The notes: generated from the letters alone by a model not told the origin. 64,000 nucleotides of DNA from an uncultured Methanosarcinaceae archaeon (GCA_963833425.1 CAWHXP010000014.1:50454-114453); one strand, 5' to 3'. Positions 24,012 to 36,491 are shown, counted from the first letter of the stretch. Translations and numbers: made by a program.

Positions 24012-24471
24012 ATAATAATCTCTTTTTTTACTTTATTCTCTTAGAAGTTGAAAGCTTAGTATTTTAATACATCAACTTAATGTCTGCCTCAGAAAACTAT
24101 TTTGTTAAAATATATGAACTCAAAAATAATACGAAAAAATTTCCAATCAATTAAGAAATCAATTTCAACAAGTTTGTCGCAAATTGACTGAAGACTTTTA
24201 TATTGTTTAAGAGCAAATTCAGTAAGAGTTTTCATGAGTGAAAATAATTGTTAAGAAATTTAAACTCTTTAATCCTCAGATATATAGGAGCTAATCGAAA
24301 TATTTTGCATAATAACATTATATACATTCATGAGTTTAGTCAAATTAACTTAAGCTAAAAATAGTATTGATTTTTTTTCATGAATTCGCGTATACTGTAA
24401 GGCTTAATATTTTTTGTGGTATTTTCTGGGTAAATATGAGAAATCTTTGAATCAGTAAAATATTAAAAAAT

Positions 24472-26127
24472 TCAATTTTTCAAAACTTTAGACATGTAAA
24501 AATTATCAAGAATGTATCCAAATTTCCGATAATATTCTCTGGCTCCTATTCCACTAACAACAATAAGTTTTCTGTATCCAGCTTCACCCACTATTTTTTC
24601 TGCATATTCCAGAAGTTCCTTTCCATATCCTCGATGCTGCCAATCCGTCTGCTTCGCTTCCCTTCCTATGGGTACAATGGAGCCATATACATGCAACTCT
24701 CTTATCAAAGCGGCTTCCTGTAACTCTGGACGGTGAGGAACTGACGGGAAACGAAGGCGAATAAACCCTATCAAAATGTCAGTAACAAGATCTTCAAATG
24801 CTATGAAATATTCTGTACCTTCACATGCTTTGTAGGTTTCCACAGTCAGTTCGATATCTTTCTCGTTCACTTTTTTCCCTTTCAGACTGCTATGCCCTAC
24901 TTCTCTGCAGCGGATGCAGTGGCATTTTCCTCCTTTTTCTATAAGCATTTTTTTTGCAAGCTGTCTGAGATTGCTCTTCCGGACTCCTGCAAAGATCTGG
25001 TTGGCGGGAATATCGCGCTGTACCCTCTGGAGTCTTACCCATTTAGGCAGGATTGCCTTTATGTCAGCAACAAGTTCTACAGCCTCTTCATCCGAGAGAG
25101 CTTCATATTCCCCTGCTTCCCAGAGCCTGTATAGAGGAGTACCTTCAGTCACAAGGGTGGGATAAATCTTTAGATAATCAGGCCTGAAGCGAGAATCTTC
25201 AAACAATTTTTTGAAACATCTTAGGTCTAAGCTAGAATTCGAACCAGGTAGATGAGGCATCATATGAAACCCAACCTTTAATGCGCTGTCTCTTAATACT
25301 CGGTTGGCCCTTACAATTTCAGCGACTCCATGACCTCTCTGCATACGTGTGAGCACAAAATCATAAATACTCTGAACTCCAAGCTCTACCTTTGTTCCCC
25401 CAAGCCTGAGAAATTCATCCACATGTTTTGCTTCTGTCCAGTCTGGACGAGTTTCAAATGTAATTCCTATGTTACGGATCCCAGTTATTTCGTTGGCTTT
25501 TTGTACTTCTTCAAGTGGTATATATGGTAAATATTTTCCAATTTTCCAAACATTTTCCCTCCATTTCTCAGAAGTGAAATCGTTCATAGCCTCGAGGCAC
25601 TTTTTGGTAAACCATTCCTGATAATCAAGACTGCGTGAGGAAAATGTGCCCCCCATAACTATTAATTCTACCTTCTCTATATCGTGACCTATCTCCCTGA
25701 GCTGGGAGAGCCTGGATCTGACCTGAGAGTATGGATCGAACTCATTCTGAATTGCTCTCATAGCTGCAGGTTCCCTGCCCATATAACTTTGAGGAGATCT
25801 AAATACTGAGTTCGGGCCTCCGGGGCAAGGCAGGCAAACCCCATGTGGACATGGAGCGGGGGATGTCATTACGGCAATTACCGCCACGCCGGAAATTGTT
25901 CTCACCGGCTTCCGTTTAAGGAATTCCTTAATCTTAGTCTGCTCTTCTGGGACACCCTGCACTATGATGTCTCCGTTTCTGGGCAGGGTAGTCAAATGAT
26001 AACTCTTACTGATTTTTTTTTTTGTTCTGTCCAACTGATTTTCGTCTTCTATTTCGCCTGCGAGTACTTTTTCACAAATGTCCCTGCAAGCCCTTATGTA
26101 ATTATCTTCTCTCATCTCAAGTTCCAT
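24472..26127 (-). CDS. elp3: Elp3 tRNA uridine(34) acetyltransferase (radical SAM + GNAT)
   Basis: CPHGVCLPCPGG, MGGTF, ETRPD, RELHVYG, QHRGYG. Confidence 0.96.
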   Translation of the reverse strand: MELEMREDNYIRACRDICEKVLAGEIEDENQLDRTKKKISKSYHLTTLPRNGDIIVQGVPEEQTKIKEFLKRKPVRTISGVAVIAVMTSPAPCPHGVCLPCPGGPNSVFRSPQSYMGREPAAMRAIQNEFDPYSQVRSRLSQLREIGHDIEKVELIVMGGTFSSRSLDYQEWFTKKCLEAMNDFTSEKWRENVWKIGKYLPYIPLEEVQKANEITGIRNIGITFETRPDWTEAKHVDEFLRLGGTKVELGVQSIYDFVLTRMQRGHGVAEIVRANRVLRDSALKVGFHMMPHLPGSNSSLDLRCFKKLFEDSRFRPDYLKIYPTLVTEGTPLYRLWEAGEYEALSDEEAVELVADIKAILPKWVRLQRVQRDIPANQIFAGVRKSNLRQLAKKMLIEKGGKCHCIRCREVGHSSLKGKKVNEKDIELTVETYKACEGTEYFIAFEDLVTDILIGFIRLRFPSVPHRPELQEAALIRELHVYGSIVPIGREAKQTDWQHRGYGKELLEYAEKIVGEAGYRKLIVVSGIGAREYYRKFGYILDNFYMSKVLKN

Positions 26128-26480
26128 CTTTTCAGCTTCTTAGTTTCCTTTTTTTTTCTTTTCGGCATTTCCTTAAATGAAATTCGATTTAAAAAATGCT
26201 TAAAACATTACTTCTTGCCTATTTTAAAAAGCAGTCTGTTTCGGTTCTGATTATAGTCAAATAAGCAATTAATTACACGTTTTATTTTTTATAAAATATT
26301 TTCATGCAGTCCTTTGAAAGTGATTCTAAGTTGGCTAACTCTGCATATTTCCCTCAAATCAACTCTTTGAATCTCGTAACTGATTCTATGAATTATTTTA
26401 AATTTCTTTCTTTATACTTTCTCAAATAAATTCAAATTAATTTTAGATCATGTTAATAGATGGCAGGGAAACAAATACCA

Positions 26481-26840
26481 TAGAGAATTTAGATTTACCT
26501 TTGATTTTTATTTCTTTGCGGGGATCCTGTCCAAATCTTTCTCGCTAATTTCTTTATATCCTATTATTTCTTTTTTGATTCGTTATTCTTCGATTTTAAA
26601 GATAGCTGACCCTTAACCAAAAAAATTCCTTTTATATTTCAATGTCATCAAAAATAGAGATTATAACACGGAGTTGTACCAGCATCTTTATATTTATTTT
26701 TTGAAATTGTGAAAAGAACTTTTCTGTTTGAATATCTTTTATAGTTATTGCATAAACTCGTTTCCCTCAAAATCTTTTTTAACTAATCTCTTGTTTCTTA
26801 ATATATCGCCCATTTTCAAAGAGTGTTCTTTCATTGCTTT
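26481..26840 (-). mobile_element. Old degraded IS5 right-end remnant
   Basis: Diverged similarity to reverse complement of 13370-13725. Confidence 0.55.
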
Positions 26841-27160
26841 TTTCAATGGTAATATTTTTTTCTCCAGAATTACCTACTTTATTACATTATATAATTTTTT
26901 GATATTTTTTAAATTTTATACAAATGGTTTTGAGGCTGAAGATATTCGAAACTACTTTACTCTTAAAAAAGATAATATATATTGAATTCATATTGATTAT
27001 AACAATGTTATATTACCAGGATACAACTGGCGAATTAATATGATATAATAAATGGAGATACGACAAATAATAAGCCTTCTCTGTAAACAAAGACCTGAGG
27101 ATATATTTATGGATATGAAACTTCAAAGACCTTTCAGAATAACGATAAAAAAATAGTAGG

Positions 27161-27955
27161 TTGATAAATGTGAAATCCAACGGACTTTTGAGCATTCTAA
27201 CCTTTTCTGAAAAAAGAAAAGATATTTTATTTCTGCTTGAGGAGAGTCCAAAAACTCTTTCAGAAATCAAAGATTATTTTGATGTAAGATCACCTGAAAT
27301 TCTACCTCGTCTAAAGGAGATGGAATCAGCAAATATGATTGTCAGACAGGATGGAATGTATCGTCTAACACCTCTTGGGAAAGTTTCAGCTGTATATTAC
27401 AAACCTTTTCTCGATACTCTCACAGCTATAGAATCTAATGAAGATTTCTGGAAAAACCATGACCTAACTGCAATTCCTGATACACTATTAAGCAGAATTC
27501 AGGACCTTAAAGAGTGCAGGATCGTAAAAAATGAACATGAATACATTTATGATTCCCATAAGTCATTTATGGACAACGTCATGACTTCTACTTATTTTAT
27601 GGGTTTTGCATCTATATTTCTCCCAAGCTTTCCTAAAATGTTTCTGGAGATCGCTCGTAAAAATATCCCAGTTTATATCATTGTTACCCCAAATGTTTTC
27701 TTCAAAGTAAAAAATGAGCATAGTCATGAAATTGAAGAATTTATTGGTTATAAACACACAAGTTTACATGTGTATGACAATGCGAAGATTTCCTTCGCCG
27801 TAACTGATCTATTCTTATCCCTGTCCCTTTTTTTCAAAAATGGAACCTTTGATCCCCGAAGTGACCTAGTGGGCTTTGATTCTTCCTCAATAAAATGGGG
27901 AGAAGATCTTTTTAAGCATTATAAAGAGAATTCAATAGAAATAAAAAGCATCTAA
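27161..27955 (+). CDS. Winged-helix transcriptional regulator (DUF1724-type)
   Basis: SEKRKDILFLL wHTH, FWKNHDLTAIP, WGEDLFKHY C-terminal motif typical of the Methanosarcina family. Confidence 0.85.
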   Translation: MINVKSNGLLSILTFSEKRKDILFLLEESPKTLSEIKDYFDVRSPEILPRLKEMESANMIVRQDGMYRLTPLGKVSAVYYKPFLDTLTAIESNEDFWKNHDLTAIPDTLLSRIQDLKECRIVKNEHEYIYDSHKSFMDNVMTSTYFMGFASIFLPSFPKMFLEIARKNIPVYIIVTPNVFFKVKNEHSHEIEEFIGYKHTSLHVYDNAKISFAVTDLFLSLSLFFKNGTFDPRSDLVGFDSSSIKWGEDLFKHYKENSIEIKSI

Positions 27956-27960
27956 TTTTG

Positions 27961-28965
27961 GGCTCTGTAGAAATGCTCTAAATTGAACTTTTACACTATA
28001 GTATTATAACTATTCCGTTCTAATATTTTCTTATTTTTTCGCTAAAAACGAAGGAATATTCGATATTGAAATTTAGTAAGTACATTCAATTTGTTGATAC
28101 CAGCCTTGAAACTGTTCAATCTTCGAGACTGAAACTTTCTTCCAGAAAGTATTCAAAACACTTTTAGACCCAGCATCAGCTTCTTGTACTAGGTTTTATT
28201 GAAAAGTATATTAGTACAGGCTATCGAGATTTTGTAGAACTCATTGACCTTATGAGCGATATAAAAGAAAAACTTGGTCTTGATAAGATTCCATATTTCA
28301 CTACCTTCAAAAGTTTGTAACCAGGATTCCCTATTCTCTGTTTAACTTTCTTCGGTCAAGGATTCTAAAGCTGTTTTACTCATATGTAGAAAATTTCTAT
28401 GTTGCAGCGATTGATGCAACAGGATTTACGAGTTCGTATGTAAGTTATTATTATTCCAGAAGAACAGAGAAGCTTCGAAGAAGCTTCCTGAGAATTTCAA
28501 TATCAGTAGATACAAGTAAAAAGGTAATATTGGATGGAAAATTAATCAAAAAACAGAAACAGACCATGAAATCAAACATGTAAGTGCTCTGATAAGGCAA
28601 TTAAACAAGATGAGAAAGTCTGATTGTTATGTAATGGATAAAGGATACGATTCTGAAAAAATACATTCTATAATTAGAAAATAAATCAAAGCAGATTCAA
28701 TTATACCTGTAAGAGAGAGAAAAAGGAAGAAAATAAGTGGAAAATACAGAAAACAATAGAACCTGATCTGTGACAAAATTAAATATAATCAAAGAAATAT
28801 TGTGGAGACGATATTTTCTGTAGTTAAAAGAAAATTAGGAGAAACACTTAGGGAAAGGAAATTCCGTTATCAAATAAAAGAGATTAAAATTAAATTAATA
28901 ATACACAACATAAACAAAAAAATTATAGAAATAATTTGCATCAAATAGAGGATTTCTACAGAGCC
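27961..28965 (+). mobile_element. IS5-family (ISH1-like) element with inactivated transposase (copy A)
   Basis: TIR GGCTCTGTAGAAAT/ATTTCTACAGAGCC; IDATGF, MDKGYDSE, YNQRNIVETIFSVVKR; TSD TAATTTTG/CAATTTTG. Confidence 0.88.
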
Positions 28966-29248
28966 CAATTTTGGAATTTTTTATTATTCCAGTTTTTTTA
29001 ATCGATTGCAACCAATAAATGATTTAATTAATATTAAATTTTGGTGATTCCGCAAAAAATTAAATCTCCTATAACCTCCGAGATCTTCTAAGAGAAATTT
29101 GAAAAGAAAACTGGCAAAATATTGATTAAGATTGTTGTTATTTTTTGTTCAACAATTTTACAGAGAGTTGAATTATTTTTTCCCTAAAGTATTCTACCTA
29201 ATGTAATATTTCTCAATCTCCCACCTTAAGCTTGTTCCGTAGACAACC

Positions 29249-30229
29249 TTATACAAGCATAGCACCTGCGATCATTCTCAGTCCAACAATTGAAGCCGCT
29301 TCTCCATACACAAGAAAATTTCTTTCTAGTCGCCGGGAAGGAAGTTCCTCTCCAAATGTTGTATGTTTTTGGATACAGATTAGCCCACATATCAAACTGT
29401 AGAGAATAATAAGAGGCTCAAAGGCAATAACTCTGTGGATCAGAGCGATACTAAGTATCACATGTGAGAGCAGGTACATTCCATTAAGAAGTTTACGGGT
29501 GTTCTGTTCTCCAATACTCACCGGAAGAGTTTTGATACCTGCAAAAGTGTCTCCTTTTATGTCCTTGAAATCAAAGATTGTAGAATTGACAAAGAGTTTG
29601 ACCGCAAAGAAAGTTAAAACTAGTACAATAGGAAAAACGCTCTCACAATTTCTGCCTGCAAGTCCTGCAATGAAAGCACCCCATGTAAAACCTACAACAA
29701 GGTTTTTAACTCCAAATCCGCTTTTGAGTTTAAAAGTAAATTTTCCGATTTTAACGCCTTTACTATACAGATAACAGGTTATGAAAGGTATGAATGCGAA
29801 TATAAGCATTCCCTCTTTCGCCAGTATATAGCTGCCTATTAAAAAAGTAATCATACAAGCAGCGAGCCCTATTTCCTTTCTTGAACCCTTTAGTTCCTTA
29901 CGATTTATAGCATCCTCTTCAGATACAACCGTTCTATCAAGTGTATAGACTGTGTAAACCACAAGCCCTCCTGCAAGACAGGTTAGCAAACTTGACTGAA
30001 TTTTAAGAAGGAGAAAAGCGAGATGTATCCTGAGTGACCCTGTAAATGCAACTAATACTGAACTTTTCAATAGTTCAAAAGTAGCGTTTTTTTCCCTATA
30101 TTCAAGGGATTTAATGTTTAGATGCCTGAATAAATAATTAAAACTTTCAATAAATGTATTTGAGCTCATAAAAATAATAGTAGAAAACTTTCTGATATTA
30201 TTAATTCTGTATAATGTTCTAAGACCCAT
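29249..30229 (-). CDS. UbiA-family prenyltransferase
   Basis: Multi-TM; YTLDR..EDAIN and DFKDIKGD..AGIKTLP aspartate motifs; start uncertain. Confidence 0.88.
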   Translation of the reverse strand: MGLRTLYRINNIRKFSTIIFMSSNTFIESFNYLFRHLNIKSLEYREKNATFELLKSSVLVAFTGSLRIHLAFLLLKIQSSLLTCLAGGLVVYTVYTLDRTVVSEEDAINRKELKGSRKEIGLAACMITFLIGSYILAKEGMLIFAFIPFITCYLYSKGVKIGKFTFKLKSGFGVKNLVVGFTWGAFIAGLAGRNCESVFPIVLVLTFFAVKLFVNSTIFDFKDIKGDTFAGIKTLPVSIGEQNTRKLLNGMYLLSHVILSIALIHRVIAFEPLIILYSLICGLICIQKHTTFGEELPSRRLERNFLVYGEAASIVGLRMIAGAMLV

Positions 30230-30913
30230 CTTTTTTATAGATAATTAGTAAAATATTATATGAGTAAACTAAATGATAAAGAGATAATTTCCAGTATATT
30301 CATGCAATAATTGTGCTTAGTAGTGAAGTAAATTTATTAAAGCTCAAACAGATGAAGATAGAAAATTTCACAAAAAGTAATTTAAGCTTTTTTATTCAAA
30401 AACCAGACTATTTCTAGGATGCGATTTTATTTTTATATTTCACAACAAAAAATTTTATTTACATTAATTAAATTTCAAAATTTCCACATATGAAATAATA
30501 TAGTTACAACATTTTTTTAATTGTGAAAATTCCAAAATAATAGAAATATTTACTACAGTTTGAAAAGCGTTTACAGCAACAATATTTGTATGAGGTTCAT
30601 AAGAACTAGAAGCTGAAGAGTTAACTCATTTTTGGAGGAAGAAATTTTTTTCTGCCTGTGATCTTTATATCTCCTCAGAAGCTGTTATTCTCATTTCTTA
30701 TAGAGAGCAAAATTCTGTTAAGAAGTAAACTTTAGAAGCTGTATGGGATACATGGAACACTGATGAATATCAGTTGATAGTCTGTTCTCAGGAGAAAAAG
30801 CACAAACGCAAAAAAAGCTCATGAAATCAGGGTTTTTAAGTTTTTCTGACCTTCGCAGTTTTGAAAGGACAATGTAGTTTCATCCAAATCCATTAAATTG
30901 CTGTAAAGATTTT

Positions 30914-32035
30914 AGATAATTTAGATAACCTACATGCTCTTGAGCATGGTTGACTTTAAATTTGTCAATATTTATGTATATTCATGAAAACTTTTACTGA
31001 TTTTGCTCTTAAAGAAGAGTATAAACGTCTTGAATCTGTTGGAGATAAGCTTGCTGAAATTGCTTCCTTAATTGATTGGAAAACGTTTCGTATTATTCTT
31101 GAGTCTATATGTATTAACAAAACCGTTTCAGGAGGGAGACCTGAAACTGATGTCATTGTGATGTTCAAAATGCTTGTTTTACAACAATGGTATGGGCTCT
31201 CTGATTTTGAACTTGAGAAACAGTGTATAGATCGAATTTCTTTTAGGAAATTCCTTGGATTTCCTGAATACATACCTGACAGTACTACTGTATGGCTATT
31301 TAGGGAGAGAATTATCGAGAATTTCAAAGAAAATATGGGGAAAGTTGCAAAGCCAACTTGATGCTCTGGGTTTACAGATAAAGCAGGGAATAATTCAGGA
31401 TGTTACTTTTATCCATTCAGATCCAGGACATGCAAAAGCAGAGAGATGAGACAAAAAAAGAAGAAGCAGAGACTGAACATGGACAAAGAAGGAGGTAAGT
31501 CTCACTTTGGATATAAGCGTCATAATATAATAGAAGAGATTATGAGCTGATCAGAAGATTCAAACAACAACTGCGTCAGTACATGATTCGTATGTAGATT
31601 TGACAGAGGAAAATGAAGTGGTTTATAGGGACAGAGGATACTTTGGAGCAAAATCACAACGTTAATGAAAAGAGCAGTCAAAGGACATACGCTGGGAATA
31701 AAGGATATATTCAGAAATAAGATCATTAGCTCAAAAAGATTCCAAGGGGAAAGAGTTTATTCAGTAACGAAAGAAATTTTCAAAGCAGGAAGAGTTTTTG
31801 TTACTACTGTTAAAAGAGTAAATCTAAAAATGTTGTGTACGGCTTTTTGTTATAATCTCCATCAATTGAGGAAATTGAAAATAAAAAAAGTATATTGAAG
31901 ATAGCGGTAGCTATCCTTAAAATCAAAGAATTGAGAATAAGTAAAGCCAAAAAGAGGAATTAAATAGAGAAATTGAGGGGAAGATATGAGAAATCACTGC
32001 TAAGAAATAAAATCCGAAGTTTATCGAAATCCTCT
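30914..32035 (+). mobile_element. IS5-family element with frameshifted transposase (copy 2)
   Basis: Near-identical to 12594-13725, including the same ORF breaks. Confidence 0.9.
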
Positions 32036-32309
32036 TTAGATAATACAAGATTTTTATACGTTTTTAGTTTGGAAAATCCTGAATCTTACTTCCTCTAATT
32101 CGGGAATGAGGTAAATTCTCATCTCTTTTCATTTTAGTTCAACCACATTAATCATTTTTTGTAATTGAGTTTATTATTGGCCCAATGGTCAAAGATAGCG
32201 CCCCAAAATCTGATACGGATTTAATATGCATTGGAATTAAACAGCTTTAGTTATAGGTATGGCCAGATTATTATTACATAGAGTTGGTGACTACGTATTG
32301 GTACTATAT

Positions 32310-32397
32310 AGATGATTTCGACAAACCTCTGTATTTTCACCAGTCATTATGTACAACTAGGAATATATAAAAATTTTAGAGATTTGCCTAAAACTCA
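32310..32397. mobile_element. MITE copy (degenerate)
   Basis: AGATGATTTCGACAAACCTCTG start; internal match to family. Confidence 0.55.
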
Positions 32398-32881
32398 TAA
32401 AATTTATAGTGACTTAAGCATAATAATTACGTTCGAAACATAATTATTTTTAAACAATTAAATTAATTAACAACCATTTAGCTTGGCCAAAAAAATATCA
32501 ATAACCATATTTACTGAGATTCCTGAGCAAATTAAGATAGGCTGATTTGATTTAACTGGCGGTGATATATCATGTTTTTAATATTTGTATCACTTAGTAA
32601 GCAGAAATATTTGTTCTATTTAAATCAGCCTCTAACAAATTATTTTAAATATATTGAGCATTATATTAATTCGTTACTTAACAATATTTACGCTTAAGTA
32701 ACTAGAAATTATATAACCATATAAATAAAAAATATGGAGAAACTCCTCCCTGATTTCTTTCTTTTATTTTTGTGCTTTCCGTGGTTTCAACTTCGAATTT
32801 AGGTTTAGTATAGAGACGTAATAATTGACTATATTTCATTTTTCGAAGCTTTGAAGTGTTAATTTATACTGTGAAGATTAT

Positions 32882-32971
32882 AGAGGATTTCGATGGATCT
32901 CTAGATTTTGCCATATGCTTAGAATATTATATAAGAGGTTAAAAAAAATCAGAGGTTTTCCGAAACCTGCT
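32882..32971. mobile_element. MITE copy (reverse orientation)
   Basis: AGAGGATTTCGAT...ATCAGAGGTTTTCCGAAACC. Confidence 0.65.
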
Positions 32972-33178
32972 ACATCCGAAAATACCATACATCAAAGTGA
33001 TTTTTCAATATCATACTCGAAACATTTAGATAGTTAAATACTTATTACAGTAGTATACAGTGAAAAAGTTGAAAATCGTAGAAATTTCAATTCTAGCATT
33101 TTCAAGTACATTATACATATTTGCTAGCCATATAAATGAGATAAAAAATGATTTGGGGATACGATAGGAGATAATTGT

Positions 33179-33319
33179 ATGCTTTTCTTAAAAAAATGTC
33201 CCGAGTGCCACTCCGAGCTTGAAAACAATCTCTTCAAGGAATTTCAGTACTGCCCTATATGCGGGTACTGGACGAGAAAAGAAACTGCAAGACTTGAGCC
33301 ACTAATTATTTTGGAGTGA
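33179..33319 (+). CDS. 46-aa zinc-ribbon microprotein
   Basis: MLFLKKCPECHSELENNLFKEFQYCPICGYWTRKETARLEPLIILE; CPxC...CPxCG; RBS AGGAG upstream; below ORF-track cutoff. Confidence 0.75.
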   Translation: MLFLKKCPECHSELENNLFKEFQYCPICGYWTRKETARLEPLIILE

Positions 33320-33957
33320 AAATTTGATAAATTTTTCGTTTCATGAGTCATTATACATCATTTATAGGAATATAACAAAATTTTGGGATTTATTTAAATC
33401 TTTTAAAATATACATGTTTGAATCCTCTATTGAATGCATCAGATACCGTATATTATCCTAAGAAATGATCATCTTAAGAGAATTAATATAACTCAAGATC
33501 TAAGTATGTAGAAAATTGATTCTATGAAGACACAAATCGTGCACTTAATGATATTTCGTTTCCGAAAAAAAAACAATACGTTAAATTTGATTTTAAACCA
33601 ATTAAACTTAAATGTAGAAAACTTTTATACTCACAAAAATTAGTATTATCCTGAATAATTTCGCTTTGAAATTCTTTTTAATTTTCCAATTCTCACAATC
33701 TAAATAACCGAAATCTTATTCTAAATTGCTCTTACACTGACAATATTTTCCAGAAAGCATTTTCTGTTGATCCCGTTTCTCCAGGTTTAAAAGCCTTATA
33801 ATAAGTATTTATAGAAAAAAAATGAATAAGCTTTAGGAAGTAAATGAAGGAAAAAAAGAACACTAAAAGATGAATAAGAAGTGAAAAAGCCCTAATATAA
33901 GCAAAGGTATTTATAGAATCCGATTACAAAATCAGGGTTAGAAGAAATTCATATTAA

Positions 33958-34047
33958 TGAGGATTTCGATAAAAATCATGTTTTTACTAGTCAAGTATCT
34001 ACTATTTATGTGCATAAAATGAAATTTAGGGTTTATCGAAATTCTAT
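33958..34047. mobile_element. MITE copy upstream of histone gene
   Basis: GAGGATTTCGATAAA...TTTATCGAAATTCT. Confidence 0.7.
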
Positions 34048-34074
34048 AATATAAAATGTATATTGGAGGATAAT

Positions 34075-34284
34075 ATGGCAAAAGTGATACCATTCGCACC
34101 AATAGAACGCTTAATAAGAACTGCAGGTGCTCCTAGGGTAAGTGAAGGTGCAGGAATTGCTCTTACTGAAATTCTGGAGGATTATGGGCTTGGAATTTCA
34201 AAAGAAGCAATAAAACTTGCAGAACATGCAGGCAGAAAAACCATAAAAGCTGAAGATATCAAATTAGCAAAAGAAATGTTGTGA
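34075..34284 (+). CDS. Archaeal histone
   Basis: PFAPIERLIR..GA.RVS, AEHAGRKTIKAEDIKLA histone fold; GGAGG RBS before ATG 34075. Confidence 0.95.
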   Translation: MAKVIPFAPIERLIRTAGAPRVSEGAGIALTEILEDYGLGISKEAIKLAEHAGRKTIKAEDIKLAKEML

Positions 34285-34624
34285 TTGAAATTAGATCCTT
34301 TTAGCGGGTTTAAGATAGCTATCTACTTGAAGGAACAAGATAGAAATAGAATGCTGAAAAACGGCATTTTACTATTTTTGTCAAATATTTACTTATTTAG
34401 TTACGGATTCCATATCCAAATTGCAAGATCAACAGTATAAGAGGATCAAAATATTTACTTTTCATTGACTTTGCATTTACGAGCAAATGGAATAACAAAG
34501 TCTGCACTAAACAAATTTATTGAATTGAATTTTTTTATTTTCCTTGCCCATTAAAAGTTGCCTCAGAAATGAACATGAAATTGCCAGAATAAAGTACATA
34601 AATAAAAATGCCATTTATACTATT

Positions 34625-34870
34625 CTTTTTCGAAAGTGACGGCATCGCTATTTTGGCCAACAAGTTTGCTCTGATTATGATTTTCAAACCCATTTGAAAA
34701 CTAATAAGTTAATTGACACCTAAGACCCAAATTCGACTTTTACCACGGACATTAAATTTGCCTTTGAGGCAAATTTACTACCTAATGAATTGGTGGTTTA
34801 AATTAGCAGAAACAGTAAATAAGTTTTGTAGTTAGACATCCTCAAACATTTTTGAGTACTGTTTATCCTG
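34625..34870 (+). mobile_element. IS110 left non-coding end plus first transposase codons, cut by a MITE
   Basis: Homologous to 14595-14830 (shared CACGG...GCCTTTGAGGCAA.TTTACT); codes LAETVNKFC/LDILKHF. Confidence 0.6.
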
Positions 34871-34960
34871 AAAGGATTCCGATAAACTTCAAGATTCGTC
34901 ATGTGGATAATAAGAATATATGAATTGCCAGTGAGAGTCAGAGATTTATCGAAACCCTCT
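34871..34960. mobile_element. MITE copy (reverse orientation)
   Basis: AAGGATTCCGATAAAC...TTTATCGAAACCCTCT. Confidence 0.7.
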
Positions 34961-35058
34961 AAAGAGTACTTTTTTGTTGAACTAGACAACAAATGCTTCT
35001 TGTGAATTAAATTATGACATGATGTTGTGTAAAACACTATTTATAAAGAAGAAATGTT

Positions 35059-36062
35059 GGCTCTGTAGAAATGCTCTAAATTGAACTTTTACTATAGTAT
35101 TATAACTATTCCGTTCTAATATTTTCTTATTTTTTCGCTAAAAACGAAGGAACATTCGATATTGAAATTTAGTAAGTACATTCAATTTGTTGATACCAGC
35201 CTTGAAACTGTTCAATCTTCGAGACTGAAACTTTCTTCCAGAAAGTATTCAAAACACTTTTAGACCCAGCATCAGCTTCTTGTACTAGGTTTTATTGAAA
35301 AGTATATTAGTACAGGCTATCGAGATTTTGTAGAACTCATTGACCTTATGAGCGATATAAAAGAAAAACTTGGTCTTGATAAGATTCCATATTTCACTAC
35401 CTTCAAAAGTTTGTAACCAGGATTCCCTATTCTCTGTTTAACTTTCTTCGGTCAAGGATTCTAAAGCTGTTTTACTCATATGTAGAAAATTTTTATGTTG
35501 CAGCGATTGATGCAACAGGATTTACGAGTTCGTATGTAAGTTATTATTATTCCAGAAGAACAGAGAAGCTTCGAAGAAGCTTCCTGAGAATTTCAATATC
35601 AGTAGATACAAGTAAAAAGGTAATATTGGATGGAAAATTAATCAAAAAACAGAAACAGACCATGAAATCAAACATGTAAGTGCTCTGATAAGGCAATTAA
35701 ACAAGATGAGAAAGTCTGATTGTTATGTAATGGATAAAGGATACGATTCTGAAAAAATACATTCTATAATTAGAAAATAAATCAAAGCAGATTCAATTAT
35801 ACCTGTAAGAGAGAGAAAAAGGAAGAAAATAAGTGGAAAATACAGAAAACAATAGAACCTGATCTGTGACAAAATTAAATATAATCAAAGAAATATTGTG
35901 GAGACGATATTTTCTGTAGTTAAAAGAAAATTAGGAGAAACACTTAGGGAAAGGAAATTCCGTTATCAAATAAAAGAGATTAAAATTAAATTAATAATAC
36001 ACAACATAAACAAAAAAAATTATAGAAATAATTTGCATCAAATAGAGGATTTCTACAGAACC
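35059..36062 (+). mobile_element. IS5-family (ISH1-like) element with inactivated transposase (copy B)
   Basis: Near-identical to 27961-28965; perfect 8-bp TSD GAAATGTT (35051-58, 36063-70). Confidence 0.9.
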
Positions 36063-36491
36063 GAAATGTTATCATTTACATATATTAGAAGTTTCTTATC
36101 ACAAAACGCCTTGTGGACAAGCTATTAGATTTATGATAATTTACTACAAAAGATTTACTAATGTTCATTTCCACCATAGATAGCTACTTGATTTTTCAAA
36201 GTCAGAGCAAATAAGAAATACAGCGCTATACCTCATCGGTAATAATTCACTAATTAATTTAATTTTTGAAATCTAATTATTATTCAAAGTAAATATTTAC
36301 CATCAAGCCACTCATATTCTACAATCACGAGAGTAAGGAGGACAGGGATAATAGCATCTTAAATTTTATAACCATGAAAAACACGAAAAAAAAATTTAAT
36401 TTCGAAAATTAATTCTTTCATTAGTCCTCCAGAGCATAGCGAGAATAACATACTCGCGAAGCGTAATTATGGAACCTTGTCAGAACAGAAT

